Source: the human T2T-CHM13v2.0 reference genome, Homo sapiens | Direction of reading: 5' to 3' | Assembly (NCBI GenBank): GCA_009914755.4 | Contig: CP068257.2 | Coordinates: 25,280,001 to 25,344,000, forward strand | DNA: 64,000 bases | In this document: positions 43,675-55,304 of the stretch, piece by piece | Layout of the letters: each line of letters starts with the position of its first letter | How positions within the stretch are numbered: the first letter of the stretch is position 1 | The notes under the pieces: generated by a model | The model's database searches: none | Told to the model about the DNA's origin: nothing | Seen by the model: only the letters and a program-made list of their open reading frames with translations | Translations under genes and position numbers: made by a program

Positions 43675-44778
43675 CTCCCGAGTAAACAGGATAGCTGCAT
43701 CGTAGTGCTCCTCATGGTCATCTCCCAGCTGGTTGTGTTGGTGCTGCCACTTGCAAAAGTTCTTGAGTGTGGTGGCAGCGTTCTTGCTCACTTCCAGGCT
43801 CTTGTCCTTGTCGCCTAGCACCACCACCTTCACCACGGCCAGGCGGATGTGGTTCTCGATGCTAGCATGGCTGTACAGCCTATTGGCGATGGAGGCCAGG
43901 GTCAGCAGGTAATGCTGCAGGCCCCGGCCATACAACCGCGCCATGGACGCGTCAGCCACCAGAAGCAGCTCCACCTGGCGGGCCCGGGAGATGGAGCGGC
44001 GCCGCCGCCGCCACCACGTCTGCGGTCCTGAGCCCCCAGCGGGCGAGAGAGCGGACTGGTCCAAGAGCTGCGAGGCCAGTGCTGCGCGTCCGCTCGGGTT
44101 GCTGTGCGCCGGAGCATGCTCGTGGGCCTCCGGTGTGGACGCGGGGGTTTCGCAGCTGGCGCGCGGCGGCAGGGCCTCGAAGCTGAAGCCCTCGCGGGTG
44201 TAGACGTGCAGGATCCGTGCGGACCCATCCCCGTACACGCGCCCCTTTTCTTCCTCCGCCCAGGGTCCGCGCAGCAGTGGCTTTAGGGTGTAGCGCGCGT
44301 GCTTGACCGCGAAGAAGCCGTCGAGACCCCCACAGAGGTCAAAGACAGCCAGAGAGCGGGGACTACCGTCCACTGTGCCCCGATAGAAGCAGTGGCTCCG
44401 GTGGCGCCAGGGCGCACTCGTCCCGCCTCCTGCGGGCACGAAGCCAGCAATGCCCACCGAACCATCTCGCTCCAGGTCCAAGAGGAACCTCCGGCCGCCC
44501 GCGTAGACGAGGTAGCCCACCTTGCCGCCGCCGGAGTAGAGTTGGTCGATGTTCTGCACCAGCCCCTTGCTCCTGCGCCGCTGCGCCAGGGGGTGCGGGT
44601 GGCCGGGAGGCTCGGCTCGCTCCTGCACCTCCTCCCCCTGCCGCCGGCTGGGCTGGGCGGCTGCTGCAGCAGTCGGAGGCTGCCCGGCTTTATCCTGGGC
44701 AGGTGTCGCGGCGGGGCCGACCGCGGCCAGGGGCAGGCGGAACGCGCACAGCAGCAGGGACGCCCACCCGAGCAGCAT
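43675..44778 (-). CDS. ADAMTS5: ADAMTS5 exon 1, coding part (signal peptide, prodomain, furin site, start of metalloprotease domain; 368 codons)
   Basis: ATG at 44778..44776 (minus) preceded by gcgcact. Open frame MLLGWASLLLCAFRLPLAAVGP...WWRRRRRSISRARQVELLLVADASMARLYG...HEEHYDAAILFTRE ends at donor CGGGAG|gtaggt (last exon base 43675). The track ORF 43639..44778 extends 12 codons into the intron. Confidence 0.93.
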
Positions 44779-45475
44779 AGTGCGCTGCCCGCGGGGAGGG
44801 GCTGCGCGACTGGGACTTTATGGGTATTTGTTATTTGCTATGAAGTTAACGGGGCGGGGGATGGGGACACACACACACTTGCTTGCAGGATTGAGTCAAG
44901 TGTCGGAGGGAGGGGGGCCCGGCAGCAGCGCCAGCCTGTCCGGGCTGCGGTGCCAGCGTGCGAACTTTTCTTTGTTGCTTGGGAAAATGTTTGGATTCGT
45001 GCTCCAGAAAGAGGTGGGGGGGGGGGGGGGGGGAAGAAAAGATTAAAAAAAAAAAGTCGGATAGTGGAGATTCAGCAAATACGGGAAAAGGAAAAAAACA
45101 AAAACCAAAAAACCACCAAATGCAGGCACGATCGCTGTTTCAAGAAAAGTAAGGAAAGGTACCGCGCACCGGGCTGGCAACTGGTGCGCGCAGCCTCCCG
45201 CCCCCGCGCTGCGCTGGACAAGCCGGCTGTGGAGGTTCCAAGCTCCGGGGCCCACTTCCTTTCTTATTTTGTGGGTTTCCTTGGCTCTGCTGGGACCAGG
45301 AGGAAGGGAAGAAAGAGAGGGGAAAAAGCCGTAAAAATTAAAACAAAAATGCAGGGGGGCAGCCTGAGGCGAGCTGGTGAAGCGGCGTGTCTGTGTCCCT
45401 TCGGCTGCGGTCTCCTCCTGCCCGCCGTCATCCCCAGTCGGCAGCTGCGAGCGCCGAGAGCAGCGCGAGCGCTGT
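44779..45475 (-). other. ADAMTS5: Putative ADAMTS5 5' UTR. The TSS was not determined and its extent is inferred from a TATA-like motif.
   Basis: GC-rich sequence between the ATG and a TATAAAT motif at 45509..45503 (minus). It contains a C18 tract (mRNA sense) and an upstream ATG. The true TSS could lie anywhere in the CpG island. Confidence 0.35.
45016..45033. repeat. G18 homopolymer (C18 on the ADAMTS5 sense strand)
   Basis: 18 consecutive G at 45016..45033, followed by gaagaaaagattaaaaaaaaaaag. Lies about 240 bp upstream of the ATG inside the CpG island. Confidence 0.95.
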
Positions 45476-45502
45476 GAAGATGCGAGGAGGTGGAACAATG
45501 AA

Positions 45503-45509
45503 TTTATAG
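45503..45509 (-). promoter_or_regulatory. TATA-box-like motif (minus strand reads GCTATAAATTC)
   Basis: Plus-strand aatttatagc at 45501..45510 gives TATAAAT on the gene strand, about 725 bp upstream of the ATG. A CCAATTGG (CCAAT/ATTGG palindrome) lies further upstream at 45803..45810. Confidence 0.35.
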
Positions 45510-48500
45510 CGGCATGCCATCCTGCAATGGCAATTTCAACAGTTCGTCACTGCACGCTGCCTCTTAAAGGGAGAGCTTCCCCCACCACTCCCACCCTTCC
45601 CAGTCCGCGCCTAATCAGATGGGGGAGGGCAAAAGAGGAGGGTGATCGAGGAAAGGGAGACGAAGTAGGAGGAAGGGACTGGGACCCGGCGAGGTGGTAG
45701 GAGGGGAGAGGGGAAAATAAAAAGTAATGGGGCAAGAAAAACAGATTTCCTTGGCCACTTTTAAAGCCACAGCGGCTCCGGGTCTGCCTGATATTTCACA
45801 ACCAATTGGGGTTGGCTAACCTTGGCTTACCTCATCTCCTGAACGGGTGTTTTGGTTAAAGTTATTGAGACGTTTCAAGTCTCTCCCTGCCTCCTTCTTG
45901 CCTGCTTTTCTCGCCCTCGGTGGGAAGTTCCTGCCGCAAGTTTTTCCCCTTTGCACACCCGTGCGCTCTGGCCTCGCAGACCGTGCAACTCCATCCACCA
46001 GCCAGAGCTTTTCAGCTTCCCGTGCGTCCCCTAACCACCGCGTTCCCTTCGCTTCCTCCCCTCCGTCCCGGCACCCGGTTTCCTCCCTCCCCATTCTCCA
46101 GCCTCTTGATGCTTTGACGCTCGCCGGATTCGGGCTCCGGGTGACTAACTTCTCCCGGCCACCAGCAGAGCGGCTGGACAGCCAGAGAGCCCAGGGCGCT
46201 TCCTGGCGCGCTGCGGTACCCCGGGGCGAGAACGCCCGCCGCTTGGGAACTCCGCAGCTTTGTCTGCGAACGGCGGGCTCCCAGCTTTCTCCAGCACGCC
46301 TTTCGTCAGGGTCCACAATCTGTCCCTTACTCCCAGCCCACTGGAACTTCCTTTGCTCTAAAAAGGCAGAGCGAGAAAGAGTTAACTCTTAGAGGGAATT
46401 CCGCTCATTTTTTTTCCCTGAAAGATTTTAAAATTTTGCGCTCATACTTTTATTTTTTGCTTAAATGATACTTTAATAATAAATTCCTATATCTGTTTTT
46501 GTCTCTTCTAAAGCAACCACTTATCGCCATAGGCCTTGACCTACCTTCATTCTCAGAAATTCCTTTTAGAAGAAAAAGAATACTTTTGGCGGAAGGAAGA
46601 TTGGTGCTTATTAGTACGCGGGTGACATTATCACTGCTACTCGTTTCCTCTGACCTCTTTGTTTCCTCTAATTATCATTCTAAGAAGGGAGAAGGAAAAC
46701 CCGACGACTTATGGTTAGAAGGTCTACCTTCTACTGTAGGGGTAAGAGCTCCCTCCATGCCCAAATTATTCTTCAGGCTAATTAACTAATGCACCAGTGA
46801 AAAATGAATGTGGTGTAATTTGTACATTTCCATCTTTTTCTACGTATAACTTTGGCTACGCTGGGGATAGCAGGGCGGGTGCCTTAATGGGGCCCCAAGC
46901 TGATCGCTTTCTCTGGGAGGGAACCATGAGGGTCCAGAGCTTGATGGAGGTTCTTAGAGTGGCAATAATCCTCTGGAAGGAATTTCAGAATTGCCCGGCA
47001 ACAATACCCATTGCCGTGTGCCTGGGAACACCCTCTGGAGTCTTGTGAGGGGCAGATGTATCATCTTGTTTTAACTTATAAATAAAGAAATCACTGGGGC
47101 CTTAGGGACACCCAACAGCCCCTGATAGATTCTGAAATACATCAGGACCAGGGAGGAAGTTACTATTGCTGAAGGCCATTGCTTTATAATTCCACAATGC
47201 CTCAGCCTCTCAGTGGCCAGTTGCCCCAGGCCAATGCTAACAGCTGGATGGGTCAGAATAGGAGGTTCCAGCCATTTTCTCTATCCCACCAAGGCCTTTG
47301 AGCCTTGCATTAGCCGTTCTCTTTTGTGGTCCTTGCTTTGCACCTACAAATAGCAAACTTTTATCTTTTTAACCAGTTACAGTGAAAAGGAGTCCAATAT
47401 TTGGCACTAAACACCATTTCTAATACAACCTTGATTCAATAAATTTAACAATTTTGTCATTGTTCATGCCAAAGAATCATTTTAATAGGCATTTTAGGTG
47501 ACAGTGGTTAAAATTTGTTAATTACAATTATTTTCATTCACAGATAGATTTTGTTATTTAGGATTTCAGGAAATTCCAACAGATTCTCTTTTCTTTGATG
47601 GTCTTGAACTCATAACCTCCAGGGATTCTCCCACCTGATGAGACACAGTGACGGCTTGAATTTTCTTCTTAATGAAGCTTTTCTCCTCTTTCACAAACAC
47701 CGTGCTGAATCCTGAATCTGAATATTATGCCTTTAAGTTTAATTATATAGTGACATTTGTACTCAGTTTATTCAAATATTTAAAAATACATGGGGAGAAC
47801 AGGATAGACACAGATAAAGTTCCAAACATGAATATCAAGCACAGAATATTTACTAGAGGTATATATTCACAAGGAAATAAATACTAAATCTTATGAATAC
47901 AATGAATAAATTCTTACATCTCAGAAAATTTCTACTTCGATATAATTTTTTTTTTAGAAAGTAACTTGGACACTTTAGAAACTTCATTTGGTAGTATTTT
48001 TAAAACATTACACTAGTGGATTAGGATGAGCTGCTACGTTGTGGAAAAAATTACTATCTGTCACTCTAAGGAAGTAATTTGCACTGGATAAAAGTAGCTG
48101 AACTTTTTATTTTTACAGTAGAAAGGAAAAATATATTAGCAATCATGTTTAAGCAGAATAACTGCTACTCATTCAAAGTAACAGTTTTATTTGTGCACAT
48201 TTAATGAGAAATTTCCACTGAATTTATAGAGTATATGATCACAAATACCATGATAGATGATTTTACATTTCCCAAAAGGAAGAAGGACTTACTACTCCAG
48301 AATGTTATAATTTATCTTGGAGATCAGGTAGGGCAACTTTCTCCATCTAACTGTGAAAAGCTGAGACCCAGAGGCCAAAATGGCTTGCCTGTGGATAAAA
48401 AAGTCCACTAGTGGCCGAATGTCCTGAAACCTAAATCTCCCAGCTCCTAATTTGGGCTCATTCTACAACACTTCTTACAATGTATCCAGTTTAACAAATA

Positions 48501-51500
48501 TCTATCAAGGTCCTACTGCAAAGTGCTTTATGAGGCTCTCTGGAGGCATGAGAAGATGAACAAGTCATGAGTAATGTCTGGAGGAAACTCACAGTTTAGA
48601 GATGGAGCCGTTTGTATAATAGATGCACAGAATACAAACTGGAAAATACAAATATAGAGGGGGAGAAAGCAAGAGAATTACTCCTGCAGGTGCTCTGAGC
48701 CCTGTATTTCCAATATAGCTCCACTCCATAATTTGTATACTCTTTTAAGTAGCATTTTCTCAAATTTCCATTTGCTAAAGTGTCATTTCCTACCCCCCAC
48801 CCCAAACTATGATTTTAATGGTAAGAGTGAGGAAATATCTGACAGTAAAATATTCCCTTCCGGCCAAACACCTGCTCCTTACCTCCCATGTAGAAGAATT
48901 ACAGTCTTTCAACTCTGCGTTTTTCTTTCCCACATCAAGATCCCTACCCTAGGCCTGCTGAATTGGAAACCCTTTTAGTATCGGCACCCTTGGTGGTAGC
49001 AGGGTGTGTGGATTCTATGGGTAAGATCTCCACTACTAAGCTCCACTACTGCGTGGGACCATGAATGAATGCCTTAAAGACACTGGGTGAGCTTTTCCCT
49101 TTTGTGACACTCGCTTTGCAAATTCTCGTTTTTAGAGGGCTTTGCTTCAAAACCAAAGGTCACACTTTGGGAGTGATTCTAGCTTTGATATGAACTCTTC
49201 ATTTTTAGAGGGTGAAACTACACTTAAATAGTCCTTCTTCCCTCCTTCCCCAGCTCTTTTTCCCCCCGTCCATCCCCTCTGATATTTACAATGGCAGAAC
49301 ATGGACCCTGATGCACTAATGCATGTGTACCCAATCTCATATGCATTAGTACACACAGCACATGTCAGCATGCATGTGCCACACACGTACTCACTTGAAC
49401 TCATGTTTCCCTCTAGGCTGTACTGATGGCTTGATAGAAATCCTAATTAGAGCTCAGATAATAGAAGAGGGGATTAAACCAACCATCCTCTGCCTTTACG
49501 AAGAAAACTTTCTAGAGACCTGCATTGTAGAGATTCTTTTATTTTGCCCCTCGGGAAACCTTACTGAATGCCTGATAAAACTCGAAACCATCTTCTCTGC
49601 TATCTGATTAGGACATATTACAAAACAATCTATCTATTGTGATGGATAACATATGCTTTAGAATCTGTTTTACTTAATATTATAGAAAATATATTTCTAG
49701 AAAGCCAGATTTTCATTTTTTATACACAGTAATTTTATACTATATAGAAGTCTTCAAATGAATAATGTACATATGTATTATTTAAGACATACAGGTGTTA
49801 TCTGTAAAGTAAAACCGACAAGTCATTTTTTATGCTGACCAGCTGTGAAATGTTGTTTTAGCTTTTCTCACACAATTATGCACATATTACTTGCTTTTAT
49901 GAGTTACTTGAGTTCTATTTTTCCTTATTTTCCAAAAATCATCAAAAATCAAACCTTACTAGAAACACATGGAAAATCAGGAATTTCCAGCAGAAAGTAA
50001 TTTGAAACATTTGAGGTTTTCTTTCCCTTCCTTCATAATGGCAAATTTCAAGCAAAGTTTTCAAATTACTTAATGAGTAGTAGCTGTAATTGTAGTAGGA
50101 GTTGTTTCTCGGTTCTATAATTATGTATATATATTTTTACAGTTAAGATTGTATCTTAACATCACCTTTCTCAAGCTCTAAAATATTATAGTCTTCCTCA
50201 AAACTATTTGGTCTCTCCATGTTAAATACATTCTTCTGGTAAATAAGGTAAGAACTGGAAGTAAGTTCACATAAAGCTGGTAAATATCAGTTGGTTACAG
50301 TCTCACCCCTGGCAAGTAGGGAAATGGAAACTGTAGCTTCTTGATCAATGTAATTATCTCCTACCCATGATGTTGGGGTCATTGCAAGTTGCTTATGTGG
50401 TCAGTGGAAGAAAATATACAGTTTCTTTTTTCAGACTCTCCATACACTATTACATACCTCTCTCATACACACCTTTCCTAGTCAGGGACTAACAGGTGGA
50501 AGAGCAGTTATCTGTGTTACACTCCTAGACCTGGGTTCAAGTAAATACATTACAGGTTTTTCTCACTTTATTTGACTTAGGAGGTGTTGCTCTTCCTACA
50601 TCTCTGCTTCTTACTCTTTTAAATCAAGCTGGAAAGAGGAAGTGACAATGCACTGTCACTTACTGGCTGAATGATGATTTGATTCTAAGTCCCAGGAAGG
50701 AACCCTCTTCCAGGAACTCACCATCAACTCTCCCCCTTTTCTCCTTCCAGCTGGCCCAACCTGGACCTGTCGGAAACTTCTCCTTCACCACTATGCCCCA
50801 GGGTCCCAAATGCCCCAGGATCCCAAAAAGATTGCCACCTCTGACCTTTGAAAATATGAGCATGTGAGCTTGAGGCAGCAGGAGAAGAGGAAGTGGGCTT
50901 TGACTGATTTACAATTCAGGGAACTAACTCTTGCCCATAGCTTCTAGTGTGGTTCTTTCCAAGAGCCAGACTACCACTTTTGCTCCTCTCTTTTTCTCAT
51001 TTCAGGACCCTCTTCCAATCCATCTATACCCTGTCCGGTTTATGTTAGTGACAAAACAAGACTCCCCCATCCTTCAAGGAGGTGGAGCATCAGAATCTTT
51101 TCAGAATAGGGGTGGAGAGGAAAGGATTCAGTTGTGGTGCCCTCATTTGTGAGACTCGAGCCCTTGTTCAAAATCATCTTCTCAGATAAATCCCCACCAG
51201 ATCTGCCCAGAAAGTTTATCAGACCCTCCATGGCCCATGTCATTTTGGTTCCAAATGTTTCAGGTGACTTTTGAATTGCAACTGAAAAAGTTATTCTGAT
51301 TTTTGACATTATAGAGTTCATTATCGACAGCTGGCTATAAATTACTAAATTTATAATTAACTATATAATCCCTGGCTTGTTTTTTTGCACCTCAAACTCA
51401 CACTTATTTCTGATAAGCCTTAATCAAATAGGCAATTATTTCATTCATCTATTAGCTTAGTAGGTGTCTTCCTTTCTTTAGGAAATTCAGATGAGGAAAA

Positions 51501-54472
51501 TGGTGCAGATTGAATCTAAGAAAGGTAGAGGTATTAACATAGGGAAACTAGCCAGTATGACACAGAGAAAGCCTCTTACATATGTTGTATAGCTAAATTC
51601 CAGAGACGTTCCGGAGAATCCATAAATAACTTTAACAAATTGCTGGTTTTCAGAGCATTAAAGAGCAAAGTAACCTGATTAGAGTCTCTGCTAGCTTCCA
51701 GCCAACCAGTTTACCTTCCAGAAAATGCAAAACAGTGTCTTGAGATTATGAGATTTTTTTCCCCTCTTTTCTATCATAAGTTTCATTTTTGCTTTTGATT
51801 GTTGGCAGTAGTCTGATGGTTGGGTCCCTCCTACATGAGTAAACTTTTTGCATGCTAAGGATAATAATGTCTCAGAATTATTTTTGGCTAACGTCTCTTT
51901 CTTCTTTCCACATTCTTTTCTTTTCTTTCTCTTTTTCTTTCTGTCTTCACCATAGAATGTATGTTCTATGAAACCAGGGACCATGCTTGTCTTCCTCACC
52001 ACGGTATCTCCAGTTTCTAGTTCAGTAACTAGCAAATTGGAGGCATACATGGACACATGTAAAATATGCAAAACACATATGTTAACTATTTTTAAAATTA
52101 TGTATGTGGGTGGTTACTGATATTTTCCTGTTGCTCTTCTTTACCATCCTTGTCTCTGGTAATAAAAACACACCTTTCCAAGGAAAGTCAATCCACATGT
52201 TTGAATAAAGCTGATGGCTTTCCTTCAGATCTGGATACTGGATACCGAGCCTGACAAGTCAGAGTGCCCCATACATCTGGCCAGAGCTGATGGTTCTGGG
52301 AAGAACTCTGCCCACTGGACATTTGCTCAAACCATTAGCTGAAAGCACTTTTCCTCTGGGATCAGACAATCTAAGGATCATGTATTAAGAAGGAAAGTTG
52401 AACTGCTGTAACAAATACCTTTAAATTCTCAGTGGTTTCACATAAAGTGTATTCTTTGCTCCTGTCACTGTCCCCTGTGGGTTGATGGCCAGCACAGTAG
52501 TGATCCATGCAGTAGGAGCTCAAGCTTGCTCTATCCTGTAGTCTTTCCCCTCAACTGCCTCCAAGGCTGATGCAGAAAGAGAAGAAAGAGAGAGAGATAG
52601 TAGAGAAGGCACACTCTCCCTTGCTTGCCTCTTCCTAGAAGTAGCATACTTCTGGTCCATTGGCAGAAATATAGTCCATATGGCAGTAATAGCCCTATGG
52701 CCCCACCCAGATGTAAAGATGGTAGTGGGAAGCTGAAAACTACAAACCAGTAGTGAGCCAAGAAGAAGAAAGAGGGGGAAACATCTAGCCAGTCTCTGCT
52801 GATTGCCATTTTATCTCACAGATCCCACCAAATGGGAAAAGTCTAAGAATGAAGTTGAACAGAGATGAGAAAGGGAGAAGGCAGGAGGAAGTAAAAAAGA
52901 GAGGAGAGAAAAAGGGGAGATAAATCATCACAATCCTCGAATCCAATAATGTTAATAAAATTCTTACTTTTGTTTAAGTAAGTGTAATCAGGGATTTTGT
53001 CACCTAAAACAGAAATAACCTGGTTAACATACTACTTTGTCCTGGCCATGTTATGTCTAGCCCCTAGCTCAGTCCTTTGCATATATATTAGATAATCTAA
53101 GTATTTTTGGTATCAACGAGCATAAGAATGAATACTTAATATTAAGACATTGAGTTAAAACTGTGTATAGTTATTGGTGCGATCGATGTTAACTAACAAG
53201 CTTATCTCTTACATTATTCCTAAAAGTTGTAGTCTCAGGTAACTAATAAGTGTGCAACATTTATTCTATTATTGTAGTTCCTGTTTTTCTGTTCTGTCAC
53301 TTACCTATGAATGTCACTTACCTGCTGGTCTATGTAAAAATTGTCAGTGCCTTTTATCTGGGTGGGTATACTAAATATAAAATGTTTACATTCGTAATTA
53401 ATCAAAACCAAGACTTCCATTGTAATTCTATTATTCTAAGCTTGCCTAGTCTTACTAAATACCGTAATTATCTGTAAAATCCTGGAATGTAAGGACATTA
53501 ACCTTCCTCCAGTGTTTATTCTGAAGAAATGTTTGGCTAGCCTTCCTCATCTCACTGCGTGACCTTGCAGTATAGAAAAATACCAATCATCGTGGCTCTT
53601 AAACAGTTAGAACTAACTGCCTAGCTGAACATCATAACAAAATTCTTCTACCAAACGACAAGGCATGGAAGGAGAACACTCCCCGTGTGCTAACTTTCTT
53701 TATGGTCGAGCACACCCTGCCAAAACAAGCAGCCAAAAGGCCTGACTTTATGTCCTAGCCTAGGCACTGTATGGGATCCTGGGGAAGTTATTTAGATACT
53801 TTGTGTACTTTTTTCCTCATCTGCAAAAGAGTGACAATTATAACACATGCCTCATTGGGTTTTTATGAAGGTTAGCAAGGTTAAGAATTTGAATTGGTGT
53901 GCAATACCTAGTACATGGCAAATAAATAATAAATGTATTATTGTTATTTTAAATTACCCACTATAGCAGTTAAGGGTTTTGTTTTAACTCTTTCATTTTC
54001 ACTTAAATTTTGCCTCAGAGATTACCTCTGACTTTGTTCTGATAGAAGCTTTTGGAAGAGAATCACTAAGGCTGCGAGCAATAAAGAAGTTTAAGACATT
54101 TCAGTTACTAAGGCTGGAGAAAAGTCTGATGCAAATAAGTAGAAAATCCAAAAAGGTGTATAAAGATGCACAACTTCTATGTGGACTACATATAGAGAAG
54201 ACTTTTAAGAAACAGTGCATCCTTTCCATTCATGTCCTTTTGTGTTTATAGTCCCTGATAGTGTTAAAGCCATTTGTGTGCTTATTTTTCTGTTGCTCCT
54301 GTCACATGCCAGGCTGCCATCACACAGAGCATGAGGACTCCATCTACACACATGGCACCTCCGGTGCCTAGCACAACATCGGACTTTACAATTTTTTGAC
54401 AAACATTGGCTTAATTGATTTCAATGAAATCAATCTCATATAGTCCCATAGAGTTTAGGTGAGGAGAGAGAA

Positions 54473-54475
<3 letters not shown>

Positions 54476-54528
<53 letters not shown>

Positions 54529-54792
54529 ATATATACATATATACGTGTATATATATATATACGTGTATATATATACATATATACGTGTATATATATATAC
54601 GTGTATATATATACATATATACATATATACGTGTATATATATACATATATACATATATACGTGTATATATATACATATATACATATATACGTGTATATAT
54701 ATACATATATACATATATACGTGTATATATATACATATATACATATATACGTGTATATATATACATATATACATATATGTATATATATATAA
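54476..54792. repeat. Compound tandem repeat: (TA)n, (TG)n, then about 6 copies of a 30-bp unit gtgtatatatatacatatatacatatatac. Intergenic.
   Basis: Plus strand at 54601..54780 repeats acatatatacgtgtatatatatacatatat with 30-bp periodicity. Preceded by (ta)17 and (tg)9. Confidence 0.9.
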
Positions 54793-54919
54793 TTTTAAAA
54801 AATCTTTAAGTTAAAGAAAAAGAATTATAGCTTAAGAAAGTAATCATGACTATCTATAACTTAGTTTAATAGAAACTTTTGTGTTCTAGAGCACCACACC
54901 TCAAAGAAAACTCAGGTAT

Positions 54920-55304
54920 TGATATGGTTTGGCTGTGTCCCCATCCAAATCTCATCTTGAATTGTAATCCGAATTGTAATCCCCATGTGTCGAGGGAGGG
55001 ACTTGGGGGGAGGTGATTGGATCATGGGGCCGTTTCCTTCATGGTGTTCTTTTGATAGTGAGTGAGTTCTCAGAAGATCTGATGGTTTAAAAGTGTGTGA
55101 CTTCCTTTGCTGTTCCTCTCTCCTGCTGCCATGAAAGATGGGCCTTGCTTCAACTTGGGCTTCTTGTGATTGCAAACTTGGGATTGCAAATTTCCTGAGG
55201 TCTCCCCAGCCATGCGGAGCTGTGAGTCAATTAAACCTCTTTCCTTCACAAAATACCCAGTCTCAGGTAATATCTTTATAGCAGTGTGAGAACAGACTAA
55301 TACA
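54920..55304 (+). mobile_element. MaLR LTR, THE1/MST-type, probably a solo LTR
   Basis: Begins tgatatggtttggctgtgtccccatccaaatctcatcttgaattgtaatcc and ends tgtgagtcaattaaacctctttccttcacaaaatacccagtctcaggtaatatctttatagcagtgtgagaacagactaataca. Flanks ggtat / ggtag form a possible 5-bp target-site duplication. Confidence 0.8.

Larger units (their letters stand above)
43600..46350. promoter_or_regulatory. ADAMTS5: CpG island spanning ADAMTS5 exon 1 and its promoter
   Basis: Abrupt shift to very high GC and dense CpG (runs of gcgc, ccgg, cgcg) from about 43600 to 46350. Flanking DNA is AT-rich and CpG-depleted. Confidence 0.85.

Noticed and set aside
44299-45477. 392-aa plus-strand ORF and several 100 to 180-aa ORFs on both strands across 43900..46400.
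   Set aside because: They lie in the CpG island, where extreme GC content depletes the AT-rich stop codons in every frame. Their products are low-complexity Arg/Gly/Ala/Pro strings with no domain resemblance. They overlap the genuine ADAMTS5 exon 1 in antisense or off frames.
46400-54400. Searched the upstream intergenic DNA for a second protein-coding gene or divergent transcript from the CpG island.
   Set aside because: No extended ORF with splice-site support or codon-bias signal was seen. A bidirectional lncRNA cannot be excluded from sequence alone.
54455-54814. Five overlapping 90 to 116-aa ORFs on both strands, and the regular approximately 30-bp periodicity that could superficially suggest a CRISPR-like array.
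   Set aside because: The repeats are contiguous, with no unique spacers, and are composed of TA/TG dinucleotides. The ORFs encode [12 protein letters not shown] strings, so this is a microsatellite-derived minisatellite.
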